A stretch of 64,000 bases of DNA from Macrostomum lignano (taxonomy: Eukaryota). The stretch's first letter is position 1. Each line of letters begins with the position of its first letter. The translations under genes were made by a program, and so were the position numbers. Where the stretch lies: assembly GCA_002269645.1 (NCBI GenBank), contig NIVC01002775.1:1-64000 (forward strand), in the 5' to 3' direction. This document shows, one piece after another, positions 52,351 through 64,000 of the stretch. The notes under the pieces were generated by a model. That model had not been told where the DNA came from. It worked only from the letters and a program-made list of their open reading frames with translations, and made no database searches.

Positions 52351-52773
52351 GTAAATTTTATTGGGTAGCCTTAACTGGGTAACCTCGTCTGTAGCCTTGT
52401 CTATTAGGCGTAGGCACTTGCTTTTTATTTTTTTGTATATGTAAAAAGTAAAATACAAAAGATTTTATTTTTCATGATCAGCATCAAAGCTAAAACCTTT
52501 TTTAAAAACAAACAAGAACAGAATTTATATTTGAGCATCAGCTGTCCTGTCAGTCAATTGAGCATTAAATACACTTGATAGTTTTCATGAAATGAGCGGT
52601 GACTAAATCGAGATTATTTATTAAACTTATGCGCTCATGTACTCTTTCAGTAGAAAAATTAGCCTTGTGTATGCCTTTATATAGAATAAAATAAAATATA
52701 ATTTACGAACTACTTTCAGTTTTTAAGGCTGCAACAATTTCATTTGGCTTTTTGAAGACCGACGATCAACAGT

Positions 52774-53361
52774 TTAGTTTGGCTTTCTTCTTGCCCGCTT
52801 GTGTCTGACTTTGACCGCTCTCCTTACTGCTCTCTCATTGGCTGAGCGAGATTGGGCCTGCCCCAGGCTGAGTTTCGTCCGTCTGACTTTGACCTCTCTC
52901 CTTACTGCTCTCTCATTGGCTGAGCGAGATTGGGCTTGCCCCAGGCTGAGTTTCGTCCGTCTGACTTTGAACTCTCTCCTTACTGCTCTCTCATTATTGG
53001 CTGAGCGAGATTGGGCCTGCCCCAGGCTGAGTTTCGTCCGTCTGACTTTGAACTCTCTCCTTACTGCTCTCTCATTATTGGCTGAGCGAGATTGGGCCTG
53101 CCCCAGGCTGAGTTTCGTCCGTCTGACTTTGACCTCTCTCCTTACTGCTCTCTCATTGGCTGAGCGAGATTGGGCCTGCCCCAGGCTGAGTTTCGTCCGT
53201 CTGACTTTGAACTCTCTCCTTACTGCTCTCTCATTGGCTGAGCTAGATTGGACCTGCACCCTAGGCTTGAGTTTTGTCCGTAGACAAACAACAGAAAAAT
53301 GTTCTACTTTTTCACAATTTGAATTGCAAGTGACAAACTTAGTTTGCCTTGTATCTAACAT
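52774..53361 (-). other. 78/81 bp tandem repeat inside a 195 aa Arg-rich ORF (coding status uncertain)
   Basis: ATG at 53361 and about 6 units of RRTKLSLGQAQSRSAN(N)ERAVRRE(F/V)KV. Unit length varies only by a 3 nt indel. Confidence 0.4.
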
Positions 53362-54029
53362 TCAAATGGGTGATAGAAGTACATTACAGCGAAATTGATT
53401 CACTAACATAGGACAACAAGATAACAAATTAAGTGAATTTGTATTAACAGCAGTTGCTCAATATCGGAAGACAATTCATTCATTTCAACGCGTTAGATTA
53501 TACTCGTAGGCCTAAGGACAAAAGCAGGTGACGTAAAATTTTTTTGACACATTGATCAAGTAATTAAGTAAGTAAGTAATAATTGATTGTATTACTACTC
53601 CAAATATTAACACTAATATTATATACTATGCAATGAATGAAATTCCCATTCGCTTAAATTGAGCATAACTTTTAACAAAAATTTTAATTACAGACGTTAC
53701 ATCGAAACAATAAAATAACCAGCATAAACTGTTTAAATATATTACGCTATTAACATAAATCAAAGTAACATTATGAGTAATTTTGACAGCAGAAGTTAGC
53801 GCTTATTATGAGCTGTTATGGGACTTGAAATTTGATATTGATTGCACACGACCATCCCACAAACAATGTATCAGTCATAAATTAACAGTTTTCTTATTAC
53901 GATTCATGACTCGCTACATGAAAATGCTGTTGGTTCTTGATTAACTGACTCAAATAGACGTCGATTATATTCTCGTATTGAATACTCAAAAGTAAAAAAA
54001 ACATGGGAGATGAAATCAGAACACTTCGG

Positions 54030-54031
54030 CT

Positions 54032-54080
<49 letters not shown>

Positions 54081-54106
54081 CGGATAGATAGATAGATAGA
54101 TAGACG

Positions 54107-54158
<52 letters not shown>

Positions 54159-54170
54159 CAGACAGACAGA
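54030..54170. repeat. (GATA)n microsatellite
   Basis: About 33 GATA units grading into GACA. Confidence 0.97.
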
Positions 54171-54306
54171 CGAATCAGAAATCAGGCACAGGGCATACAG
54201 AGGTGCAGAGAAAGGCCAGCCGCCAGAATTTACCTAACAAAGTCAACACGGGCTGGGCTCACAAAACAGAAAAATTAGAAACAAACAATTAAAACAAACG
54301 AATCAA

Positions 54307-57300
54307 TTAAAACCCTACGCCCACCCCTCCGGCAGCCGATCCCAGCAGGTTACTTCCGCTTCCGCCGCTACCACCTCGACCCCGGCCGAAGCCAAACGAC
54401 GGCAATGACGAATGATTCGGCGTCAAACTACCGACAGTAGAATTCGCTGTCGATGATGTGATTGGCGAACACGGCGACTGCTGCTGCCGCTGCTGCAGAG
54501 CAGCCGACGAACCGCCGCGACACCTGCCGCGACTTTGCTGGGCGCTATCAGCCTGCGGTATACGCAGACAGCTGGTAGCCGCACTCTCGTCGCTGCAGCC
54601 TGGTGCTATGTCGAATTCCAGCTCGGCTGATCGTCTAATTCCGCGGCCCCGACCGCTGTAACCGCCGCCGCCGCCAACGCTGCTGCTGGCAGTGCTGTAG
54701 CAGCTGACTGTGCTGTTGCTGCCGCTGGCATGATGAACTTCTGCTGGTTTTGAAACCGAGTTGCAGTGATTGTAAAAATTTAAATTTACTGTTGTGTCTG
54801 TGCCCTTCCCTATCCTGTCTGTGCCCTTCCCTATCCTGTCTCTGCCCTTCCCTATCCTGTCTGTGCCCTTCTCTATCCTGTCTCTGCCCTTCCCTCTCCT
54901 GTCTGTGCCCTTCCCTATCCTGTCTGTGCCCTTCCCTATTCTGTCTCTGCCCTTCCCTATCCTGTCTCTGCCCTTCCCTATCCTGTCTCTGCCCTTCCCT
55001 ATCCTGTCTGCAGAGCAGCACCTCTGATCCCTTCCCTATTCTGTCTGTGCCCTTCCCTATCCTGTCTCTGCCCTTCCCTATCCTGTCTGTGCCCTTCCCT
55101 ATCCTGTCTGTGCCCTTCCCTATCCTGTCTGTGCCCTTCCCTATCCTGTCTGTGCCCTTCCCTATCCTGTCTGTGCCCTTCCCTATCCTGTCTGTGCCCT
55201 TCCCTATCCTGTCTGTGCCCTTCCCTATCCTGTCTGTGCCCTTCCCTATCCTGTCTGTGCCCTTCCCTCTCCTGTCTCTGCCCTTCCCTATCCTGTCTCT
55301 GCCCTTCCCTATCCTGTCTCTGCCCTTCCCTCTCCTGTCTCTGCCCTTCCCTATCCTGTCTCTGCCCTTCCCTATCCTGTCTCTGCCCTTCCCTCTCCTG
55401 TCTCTGCCCTTCCCTCTCCTGTCTCTGCCTGTCCCTTCCCTGGCCCCACCTACCCCCCCCCCCGATATACCCCACCTATAACAGATTTACCATCAGGTTG
55501 TTTCACAGCGTCTCCCTTGACGTGCAGGTTGCGCATCTGATCCAGTGCAGCCTGGCTAGGAATAGAGCAGAAATAGTTGCTAGGCAGGCCGCTCTCTTCA
55601 GCTTTAGCCAACTGACTAACAAAATCTACTGATGAACTCAGGGTGGCCTTAGATACACCCAGGGTGACGTCACTTGGTAGCCTAGGCGATTTCGGAGCAG
55701 GAGCAGCAACAGAAGCAGCAACAGGAGCAGCAGCAGAGACAGACTGTTGATCTAATTTAGCGGCTGCAGATCTAGCGTGGCGCAATTTTCTACTAGTATT
55801 ACTAGCAGTAGCAGCATCAGCAACAGTAGTAGCGCCAAGAAAATTTGACCAAGGCGCAAACAGATTGCAATAGCGATGCTGCACATGTCTAGGATTATCT
55901 AGCACATCTTCGGCTTGCTGTTCGGCTAACATCCGGTCTTTACTAGCCCGGTAGACAGGGTTGAGCAGCGCTGAGAGCATCTCATTGTACAGCGGCAATA
56001 CTTGTCTGCTTTTGTCGTAGGAAGCAACAAGCAGAGCCGGGTGCAATGGCCTTCGGCGCCAGACGGCGGAGTCTTCGACTAGAAAGTCCTCCCGAGCTCG
56101 AGGCTCCTTGTAGGGATCCGGCTTGCCCAGGTAGGTCTGCATCAGACAGTAGAGACCGCGGCATGCGTGGCTGCACTTGCCATCGCTGTATAACTGCTGC
56201 AGGGTGGTTGACAGCACCTGTTGGGCGGGTGGCGGGTGGGATCGGGTTAGATGGGGATTTTTCTGTCTGAGTTTGGGAGCTATTCTCCGATCTGAGTCTG
56301 GGGCAATTCTCCCATCTGAGTCTGGGGCGATTCTCCGATCTGAGTCTGGGGCGATTATCTCCGATCTGAGTCTGGGGCGATTATCTCCGATCTGAGTCTG
56401 GGGCGATTCTCCGATCTGAGTCTGGGGCGATTCTCCGATCGGAGTCTGGAGCGATTCTCCAATCTGAGTCTGGGGCGATTCTTCGTTCTGAGTCTGGGGC
56501 GATTCTCCGATCTGAGTCTGGGGCGATTCTCCGATCGGAGTCTGGAGCGATTCTCCAATCTGAGTCTGGGGCGATTCTTCGTTCTGAGTCTGGGGCGATT
56601 CTCCGATCGGAGTCTGGAGCGATTCTCCGATCTGAGTCTGGGGCGATTCTTCGTTCTGAGTCTGGGGCGCTTCTCCGATCGGAGTCTGGGGCGATTTTTC
56701 TTGTCTTGTCTAAAGCAAATATAAGAAACGAATTACTAAACAAACCTGCAAGTCAACAAATTTGACGCTAGCATCATTGGCGCTGCAATCAAGCATGGGT
56801 AGGTGCCGTTTCAACAGCCTACAATCGTAGCTAACAACAACTAGATGTCGGTTGTAGGGCTCCCGACAAGAGCTCAGCAACTTAGCCAGACCGCTCATAG
56901 CAGCAGCCGTGCAGGAGTCTAGATCAAAGAGAAATACTCGACTATTAATATCGTTAATTGGCATAGCAACCGAGATTAGGCTAGGCCGGGAGCTGGTTTT
57001 AGCTTGGCCTCGCAGATTGCCGCCATGGCACAGCACAGCTAGTAGATCTGCGGTAGCTAAGACGGCTAGGGCCCGTTCAACGCCAATTGCCGTGGTAACT
57101 AGGATGCAATTAGCGTTCGTTGCTTCGTTGAAATTCGCGTCTGCAATGTAAAAAGAACAGCGCAAATGTAACTCAGACTTTCTTATAAAATAAATTAAAA
57201 CCAACACTGCAACATTTTAATGATTGAAAACTACTAACAGTAGTGTAACGCAAAATGCATTCCTGATTTGAATCAATGCATATTTATAATGCATATTAGC

Positions 57301-60300
57301 GACTTTCTTACCGTAGATGAATCCGTCGGGCAAGCAGCTTGTGGCGTCTACTTCGGGAAGAAGATTCAGCATGCCATGCTGATGTTTTTCGTTAGAGCCA
57401 AGAAGTATGCCGCCGTAATGTTTCGGCACTGGACACTTTGGCGGTAGGAAAGGCTTCTGTCTGAGACTGTTGTAAATTGGTTTTAAAGCTTTTTAGACAG
57501 GATAAATGCGGGGTGGATAGGCTAGAAATAGGGTAGATGGGATGGAAGTGAGGTAGATGGGGTACAAGTAGGGTAGATGGGGTAGAGGTGGGGTAGAAAT
57601 GGGGTAGAAGGGGTAGAAGTGGGGTAGATGGGGTAGAAGTGGGGTAGATGGGATAGAAGTGGGGTAGATGGGTTAGAATTAGGGTAGATGGGGTAGAAGT
57701 CTGTTAAATAGGGTAGAAGTGGGGTAGATGGGGTAGAAGTCTGTTAAATAGGGTAGAAGTGGGGTAGATGGGGTACAATGCTGGTAAATTGGGTAGAAGT
57801 GGGGAAGATGGGGTAGAAGTAGGGTAGATGGGATTTGTGATGGCCTGGGCTGGGGATCGCTCCGCAGCCCTGGCCATATGGTCTGCCGCTCCCACTGACT
57901 ATGTTTGTTTGCACTCTGTTTGTTCCCCTCACTGACTCACCGGAGTCACCCCTTCTGAACACTTCCCCCATGCTACGTATGCACCATTCGTACGCGTGTT
58001 CCATGCATCGTGCCACAGCGCGCCTGGCTATGTTGGGGCCCAGGAGCCCACAAATATATGGCAAAGCTAGACGATACGGTCTGGATTACACCTCTTATTC
58101 CTGTCTGCCACTCGGGAGCCAATTCCCAGTGCATAGCGAATCAAGACTTCGTTCTCGAGTCATTACAATGGCGACGAGTTCAGCTTTTAGCCGCATTCCG
58201 GAACTGTCCAAGGACTCCGACTTCGAAATCTACGTGGAGAGGTTGGAGCAGTACTTCGTATGCGCTAAGATTACGGAGGAAAATGCCAAGGTGGCCACGC
58301 TCAGCACTGCCATAGGAGAAGAAGCCCACACAGTACTACGAAACCTTTGCCAGCCAGAAAAGGTGGCTGACAAGTCTTATGACGACCTCAAGAAAATCCT
58401 GCAGGATCACTATGCCCCTACTCCATCCGAAATTGCGGCTCGGTTCAAGTTCCAGCAGAGGGTGCAGCTGCCGGGGGAAGACTTCGCTACTTTCCTGGCC
58501 GGGCTCAAAGCAGCCACTCTGCACTGCAACTTCGGCAACACGCTGCAGGAGAGACTGCGCGATCAAGCTGTTTTCGGCCTTCGGAGCGATGCTTTTCGCT
58601 CAAAACTGCTAGAAATCTCGAAGTTGACGTACGCGCTGATGGTCACAACGGTGTCAGCGATGGAGGCGGCGCAGCGCTACGCTAGCGAAATCGCGCCAAG
58701 AACTTCAGAGACGGTCGCAGCTATCAGCAGGGGTGCCAGCGACGGCAATGCCCATCCGCAGCAACCGATCCGCAACTCTGCCTCAGTGCACGCGCCTCAG
58801 CAGCAACCTTGCGCCGGATGCGGTGGACGTCATGATCGGCAAAGCTGCAAGTTCCGCGACGCCAAGTGTCATGCTTGCGGTAAGATGGGTCACATCCAGA
58901 AAGTCTGCAGGTCAGCCAGCGTCAAGAAGTTGGAGTCCACTGTCCACTGCACCGGCACCGGAGCAGGACGCCCAAGGCTCAATTCTTTACGTTGGACCAC
59001 GATCACGCCGATCCCTGACGGTAACGCTAGATATTGACGGTCGTAATTGCCCAATTGAGCTAGACACCGGGTCAGCCGTCACGTTGATTCCAAAGCGGAT
59101 GGCGGATGAGAGACTTCCAGGACTGCGCCTACAGCCCACCACGATGGTGCTGCGCACGTACACCAACGAGCAATTCCAACCACTGGGCGAAGCCAAAGTC
59201 TCAGTGAGCTACAATGGCCAGAACGAAATTCTTCCACTGCTCATTGTCTCCCAGGGCAATGTCGCTCTTCTTGGACGAGACTGGATGGCTCGACTAAGGT
59301 TGGACTGGCAAGCAATCGTGGCTCAGGTCAACTCGGTCAGCTCCAGCTCCGCAACCACCGACCTGATGCAGCAGTTCTCTGAAGTCTTCGCTGACGGACT
59401 TGGGTGTTATCGCCACGGCGAAGTCAAGCTGCCACGCAGGCCACGCCACGATTTTTTAAGGCCAGGCCAGTGCCTTACGCGCTGAGGGAGCGTGTGGACG
59501 AGGAGCTGAGACGACTCGAGGCCGAGGGCATCATCACGCCAATCAAGCATTCAAACTGGGCTGCTCCGATCGTCCCGGTGGTGAAAGCGAATGGCGAGAT
59601 TCGCATCTGCGGCGATTATAAGGTGACCTTTAACGCCGCGGCCAAGCCTGAGCACTATCCGTTGCCGCGGATTGAGGACATCTTCGCCAAGCTCGGCGGA
59701 GGATGCAAATGGACAAAACTCGACTTGTCGAACGCGTTCTTGCAGCTGCCACTGTCCGAGGAGAGCCGTGCCTACCTAGTCATCAACACGTCGAGAGGCC
59801 TGTTTCAACTCAACAGACTGCCCTTTGGCATTAACTCGGCCAGCGCCATCTTCCAGCGCACTCTGGAAACGCTATTGGGTGATCTCGACGGTGTCCAGGT
59901 GTTCGTTGACGATATTCTCGTTACAGGCAAGACTCAGGCGCAGCACAAACAGAACCTGACTAGAGTGCTGCAGCGTCTTCAGGACGCTGGCTTTCGACTA
60001 AACAGGGCCAAGTGCCTGTTCTTTCAAGACTCGGTGGAGTATCTCGGTCATCGAATCGACGCACACGGGCTGAAACCACTGCCTGACAAGGTCACAGCCG
60101 TGCAGAACGCACCTGCTCCAAAGGATGTCAGCCAGCTGCGCGCCTACCTGGGCATGCTAACCCATTACCTGCTGCTGTCCTCGAGTGCGCTCGTGCACTA
60201 CAACCCAGAGCTGCCACTGTACTTGGAGTGCGACGCCTCGCCATATGGACTGGGGGTGGTTCTGTCGCACAGGATCGGCGGCCAAGATCAAGCTATCGCC

Positions 60301-63300
60301 TTCGCAAGCCGCAGCCTGACGCCCGCACAGCGTAACTACTCTCAACTGGACAAAGAGGCTCTGGCCATTATGTTCGGCTTGCACAGATTTCACCAGTTCC
60401 TGTACGGGAGACGCTTCACCATCGTCACTGACCACCAGCCACTCCTTGGTCTACTGGGAGAGCGCAAGGCCATTCCGGCACGGGCTGCAGCCCGCATGCA
60501 GCGCTGGGCTATTCGGCTTTCCAGCTACGACTACAGCCTGGAGTTCAGACCGACGGTGAGGCACGGCAACTGCGACTCGCTCTCTCGCCTTCCCCTCGGT
60601 GATCAGTTCATCGAGGAGCCAGCCGTGAACTCCCTGCTCATCGAAGAAGAGGTCGGCTCGGCTCTGACTGCCAAGGTGATCGCACAGAAGACGCGGACTG
60701 ATGCGCAGCTCGGCAGGGTGCTGCTGTGTCTGCAGTCTGGCTCCCGGATCCCAGCTGCAGACGGTCTCGAAGCTTTCTCTGGCCGACAGCACGAGCTCTC
60801 AATCGAACAAGGCTGCTTGCTGTGGGGATCCAGGGTCATCGTTCCGTCGGCACTCCGCCCGATGGTCCTCGGCGAACTGCATCAAGCTCACCCTGGCGCC
60901 AGCCGCATGAGAGCGCTCGCGCGCAGCTACGTGTGGTGGCCCGGCCTGGACAAGGACGTGGAGACCTTCGTCAAGGCATGCGAAACCTGTCGGCTCAACC
61001 AGGCTGATCCGCCCAAGGCGCCAGTGCACCCATGGCCCTTCCCGCCCGAGCCGTGGTCCAGACTGCACATCGACTTTGCTGGGCCAGTGAACGGACGCAC
61101 CTTTTTGGTGCTTATCGACGCGCACAGCAAGTGGCCGGAGGTGAAGCAGCTGACCAGCATGACGTCGGCCACGACGATCAACTGTCTTCGCGAGATCTTT
61201 GCGCGCCAGGGCCTGCCGCGGACTCTGGTATCGGACAACGGAGCCCAGTTCACGTCGTCAGAATTCGCCGAGTTCTTGAGGGTCAACGGCATCGAGCACG
61301 TGACTTCAGCGCCATTCCATCCGGCGACAAACGGACAAGCTGAACGGTTCGTGAAAGTGTTAAAACAGCACCTGAAGAAATCAGGACCGTCCGAGAAAGC
61401 TCTGCAGCAATTTCTGCTCGCCTATCGCAATACGCCGCATTCAGCCACGAGCTCGGCTCCCAGCCAGCTGCTCTTCGGGCGCCGACTTCGATCCCGGCTT
61501 GATCTGCTAACGCCTTCGCTCGTCAGCAACCGGCACCAGCAGCAGCAGTCAGCGCTTCAACAGTCGCCCAGGCAAGCCAGGATGTTCCGACCTGGAGACC
61601 GAGTGCTGTTGCGAGATTACAGCACCACCACTAGCAACCGTTGGCAAGAGGGCACTGTCGAGTCTGGCGGGGCCCGAAACTGCACCGTGAGCGCAGACGG
61701 CACACTGATCAGCTGCTATCGCTGCCAGCCCGCGGCTCCGAGACACCGGCGCACCTGCCTGCCGCTGCCGCTGCCGCTGCCGAGATCGCGGCCACAGCCC
61801 CACCAGCGGCCCAGCCGCAGGACGACTCGGACGACGGACACTCGGCTGCCGGCGGCATCCCGGCACCAGGAGTGGATCCGCCGGCCCGGCGATACCCCCA
61901 GCGCACCCCCATGAACACTTCCCCCATGCTACGTATGCACCATTCGTACGCGTGTTCCATGCATCGTGCCACAGCGCGCCTGGCTATGTTGGGGCCCAGG
62001 AGCCCACAAATATATGGCAAAGCTAGACGATACGGTCTGGATTACACCTCTTATTCCTGTCTGCCACTCGGGAGCCAATTCCCAGTGCATGGCGAATCAA
62101 GACTTCGTTCTCGAGTCATTACAGGATTTCTATGGAGTAGATGGGGTAGAAGTGGGGTAGATGGGGTAGAAGTGGGGTAGATGGGGTAGAAGTGAGGTAG
62201 ATGGGTTAGAATTGGGGTAGATGGGATAAACCTGGAAAAAAGCGAGGAAAGGTCACGGTAGATCCAAGTGATGAGGTTAGGAGTGTTGGGTAAATTACAT
62301 ATACAAATTAAATAACCAGTTAAAATTTGGGTTATGATCCAAAGGCATCGATCGAATTCTTGACTACATTCGAGTTAAGCCTCACCCAAAATTGTTTTGC
62401 CGCGCTGCAGCTGGTTCTTCGCTCGCCGTGCGGGACCCCGGACTTGAGCAGGTCAAGCGGCTCTCAGTGGCGGCGGCGGCGGCAGCGGCAGTGGCCGAGG
62501 ATTCAATGGACGATTCACCACAACTGCTGCAACTTTCCGGATCCGACATCTCTTCGGAGACGAGCACTAAAAAAACCGGTAAAATTAGAATTTAAAAAAT
62601 GATTCTAGCTACAGAACAATTCGAACTTCAGTTACCTACAAATGACGATCCATCTAGTCATCTAGTGAGCACCCTGCTGCTTCCATCTAGTCATCTAGTG
62701 AGCACCCTGCTGCTTCCATCTAGTCATCTAGTGAGCACCCTGCTGCTTCCATCTAGTCATCTAGTGAGCACCCTGCTGCTTCCATCTAGTCATCTAGTGA
62801 GCACCCTGCTGCTTCCATCTAGTCATCTAGTGAGCACCCTGCTGCTTCCATCTAGTCATCTAGTGAGCACCCTGCTGCTTCCATCTAGTCATCTAGTGAG
62901 CACCCTGCTGCTTCCATCTAGTCATCTAGTGAGCACCCTGCTGCTTCCATCTAGTCATCTAGTGAGCACCCTGCTGCTTTCATCTAGTCATCTAGTGAGC
63001 ACCCTGCTGCTTCCATCTAGTCATCTAGTGAGCACCCTGCTGCTTCCATCTAGTCATCTAGTGAGCACCCTGCTGCTTTCATCTAGTCATCTAGTGAGCA
63101 CCCTGCTGCTTTCATCTAGTCATCTAGTGAGCACCCTGCTGCTTTCATCTAGTCATCTAGTGAGCACCCTGCTGCTTCCATCTAATGGACATCTGCTCTG
63201 CTTAAGTAGTAAACAGTTGCTACCCACATCCAGAGTCTCGGTCTCCATATCACACTCACACTTAGAAACCTGATCCAAAGGCACGCAAACCTTGCCGATG

Positions 63301-63431
63301 TATCTTCCATTTTCGTCTCGAGCATCGTACAGCTCAAATTGAAAATCATTTGTCATCTTTCGAAAGAAACCAGTGTAGGACTGGCTGTCCGAGTCCAGAA
63401 CAACTAGACTGCCTCGCCCTGGTAGCTCCAT
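54307..63431 (-). CDS. EXD1: EXD1-like 3'-5' exonuclease-domain protein (piRNA-pathway type, probably catalytically inactive), about 700 aa
   Basis: Exons 63431-63224, 62566-62386, 57466-57312, 57140-56746, 56217-55491, 54743-54307 (2103 nt, phases 1,2,1,0,1 consistent, ACCATGG start). EXD1/Egalitarian-like motifs RVFLFDL, VSYDCRLL, FVDLQV, VWRRRPLHPALL, LPLY. Exon 1 donor (G|GTAGCA) is weak. Confidence 0.72.
54795..55440. repeat. 21 bp minisatellite (CCCTTCCCTATCCTGTCTGTG)
   Basis: About 30 units in the last EXD1-like intron, interrupted once near 55010-55025. Confidence 0.95.
56270..56700. repeat. 24 bp minisatellite (GAGTCTGGGGCGATTCTCCGATCT)
   Basis: About 18 units in EXD1-like intron 4. 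Confidence 0.95.
57505..57835. repeat. G-rich minisatellite (GGGGTAGAAGTGGGGTAGAT), resumes at 62124-62225
   Basis: The same array lies on both sides of the LTR element, so it is the pre-insertion target. Confidence 0.9.
58168..61914 (+). pseudogene. Disrupted gag-pol of the LTR element
   Basis: ATG 58168. A 7 bp duplication TCCACTG (58936-58949) and a frameshift near 59433 break the reading frame. In-frame loss of the RT-RNase H connector at about 60168. Frameshifting deletion near 61708. Confidence 0.88.
58169..58178 (+). other. Primer-binding site, complementary to the tRNA-Ser(GCU) 3' end
   Basis: TGGCGACGAG one base after the 5' LTR end; tRNA identity from recalled 3' sequence ...CUCGUCGCCA. 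Confidence 0.65.
62645..63190. repeat. 33 bp minisatellite (CATCTAGTCATCTAGTGAGCACCCTGCTGCTTC)
   Basis: About 16 near-identical units in EXD1-like intron 1. Confidence 0.96.
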
Positions 63432-63489
63432 GGTAGGGCATGAAGTTTCATTATTATTAGCAAAATGGGTTATTACGAGTATGAAAATC

Positions 63490-64000
63490 GCCCAGCAACT
63501 GACACTCTGGGAGGCTGGCCCAGCAACTGAGGATCTGGGAGGCTGGCCCAGCAACTGAGGATCTGGGAGGCTGGCCCAGCAACTGAGGATCTGGGAGGCT
63601 GGCCCAGCAACTGAGGATCTGGGAGGCTGGCCCAGCAACTGAGGATCTGGGAGGCTGGCCCAGCAACTGGGGATCTGGGAGGCTGGCCTAGCAACTGAGG
63701 ATCTGGGAGGCTGGCCCAGCAACTGACACTCTGGGAGGCTGGCCGTCAACTTTGGATCTTGGAGGGTGGCCTAGCAACTGGGGATCTGGGAGGCTGGCCC
63801 AGCAACTGAGTATCTGGGAGGCTGGCCTAGCAACTGGGGATCTGGGAGGCTGGCCCAGCAACTGAGTATCTGGGAGGCTGGCCTAGCAACTGAGGATCTG
63901 GGAGGCTGCGCTAACATTTGAGGATCTGGGAGGCTGGCCCAGCAACTGGGGATCTGGGAGGCTGCGCTAGCAACTGAGGATCTTGGAGGGTGGCCTAGCA
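63490..64000. repeat. 28 bp minisatellite (third site of the GGAGGCTGGCCCAGCAACTGAGGATCTG family)
   Basis: About 18 units running off the window end, about 60 bp upstream of the EXD1-like ATG. Confidence 0.95.

Larger units (their letters stand above)
57836..62123 (+). mobile_element. Ty3/Gypsy (Mag-like) LTR retrotransposon, defective
   Basis: TG...CA ends, 5 bp TSD GGATT (57831-57835 and 62124-62128). 5' LTR 57836-58167; 3' LTR retains 61912-62123 (one mismatch seen in 212 bp). PBS TGGCGACGAG. Gag ERLEQYF + CCHC, protease LDTGS, RT FVDD, RNase H CDASPYG, integrase HxxH/CxxC and D,D,E motifs. Confidence 0.97.

Noticed and set aside
57901-58167. Apparent N-terminal extension of Gag, and ORF 61641-62180
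   Set aside because: Read-through of LTR sequence. Gag most plausibly starts at ATG 58168.

Overview
Eukaryotic (invertebrate animal) genomic DNA: GT-AG spliced genes with GC-rich exons and AT-rich introns, roughly a third of the window being 15-80 bp minisatellites. This style is reminiscent of the flatworm Macrostomum lignano, but the species is only an inference. Genes rebuilt by hand from splice sites and phases: three tandem SLC22-type transporters (the first only as its 3' end), WDHD1/AND-1, a small orphan alpha/beta protein, a ZIP/SLC39-like protein with an altered metal site, TCTE1/DRC5 with an upstream RFX X-box, a secreted WSC-domain protein, ASCC1 and an EXD1-like piRNA-pathway pseudonuclease. 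Mobile DNA: a decayed RTE-type non-LTR RT, a decayed Tc1-like transposase, a young but damaged Ty3/Gypsy (Mag-like) LTR element with a 5-bp TSD lying antisense in an intron of the EXD1-like gene, a tRNA-derived SINE with a tandem-repeat tail, and a Helitron-like family whose copies carry minisatellites. Most long ORFs in the supplied track are artefacts of tandem repeats. Repeat boundaries are approximate and all homology calls are from motif recognition, not database searches.
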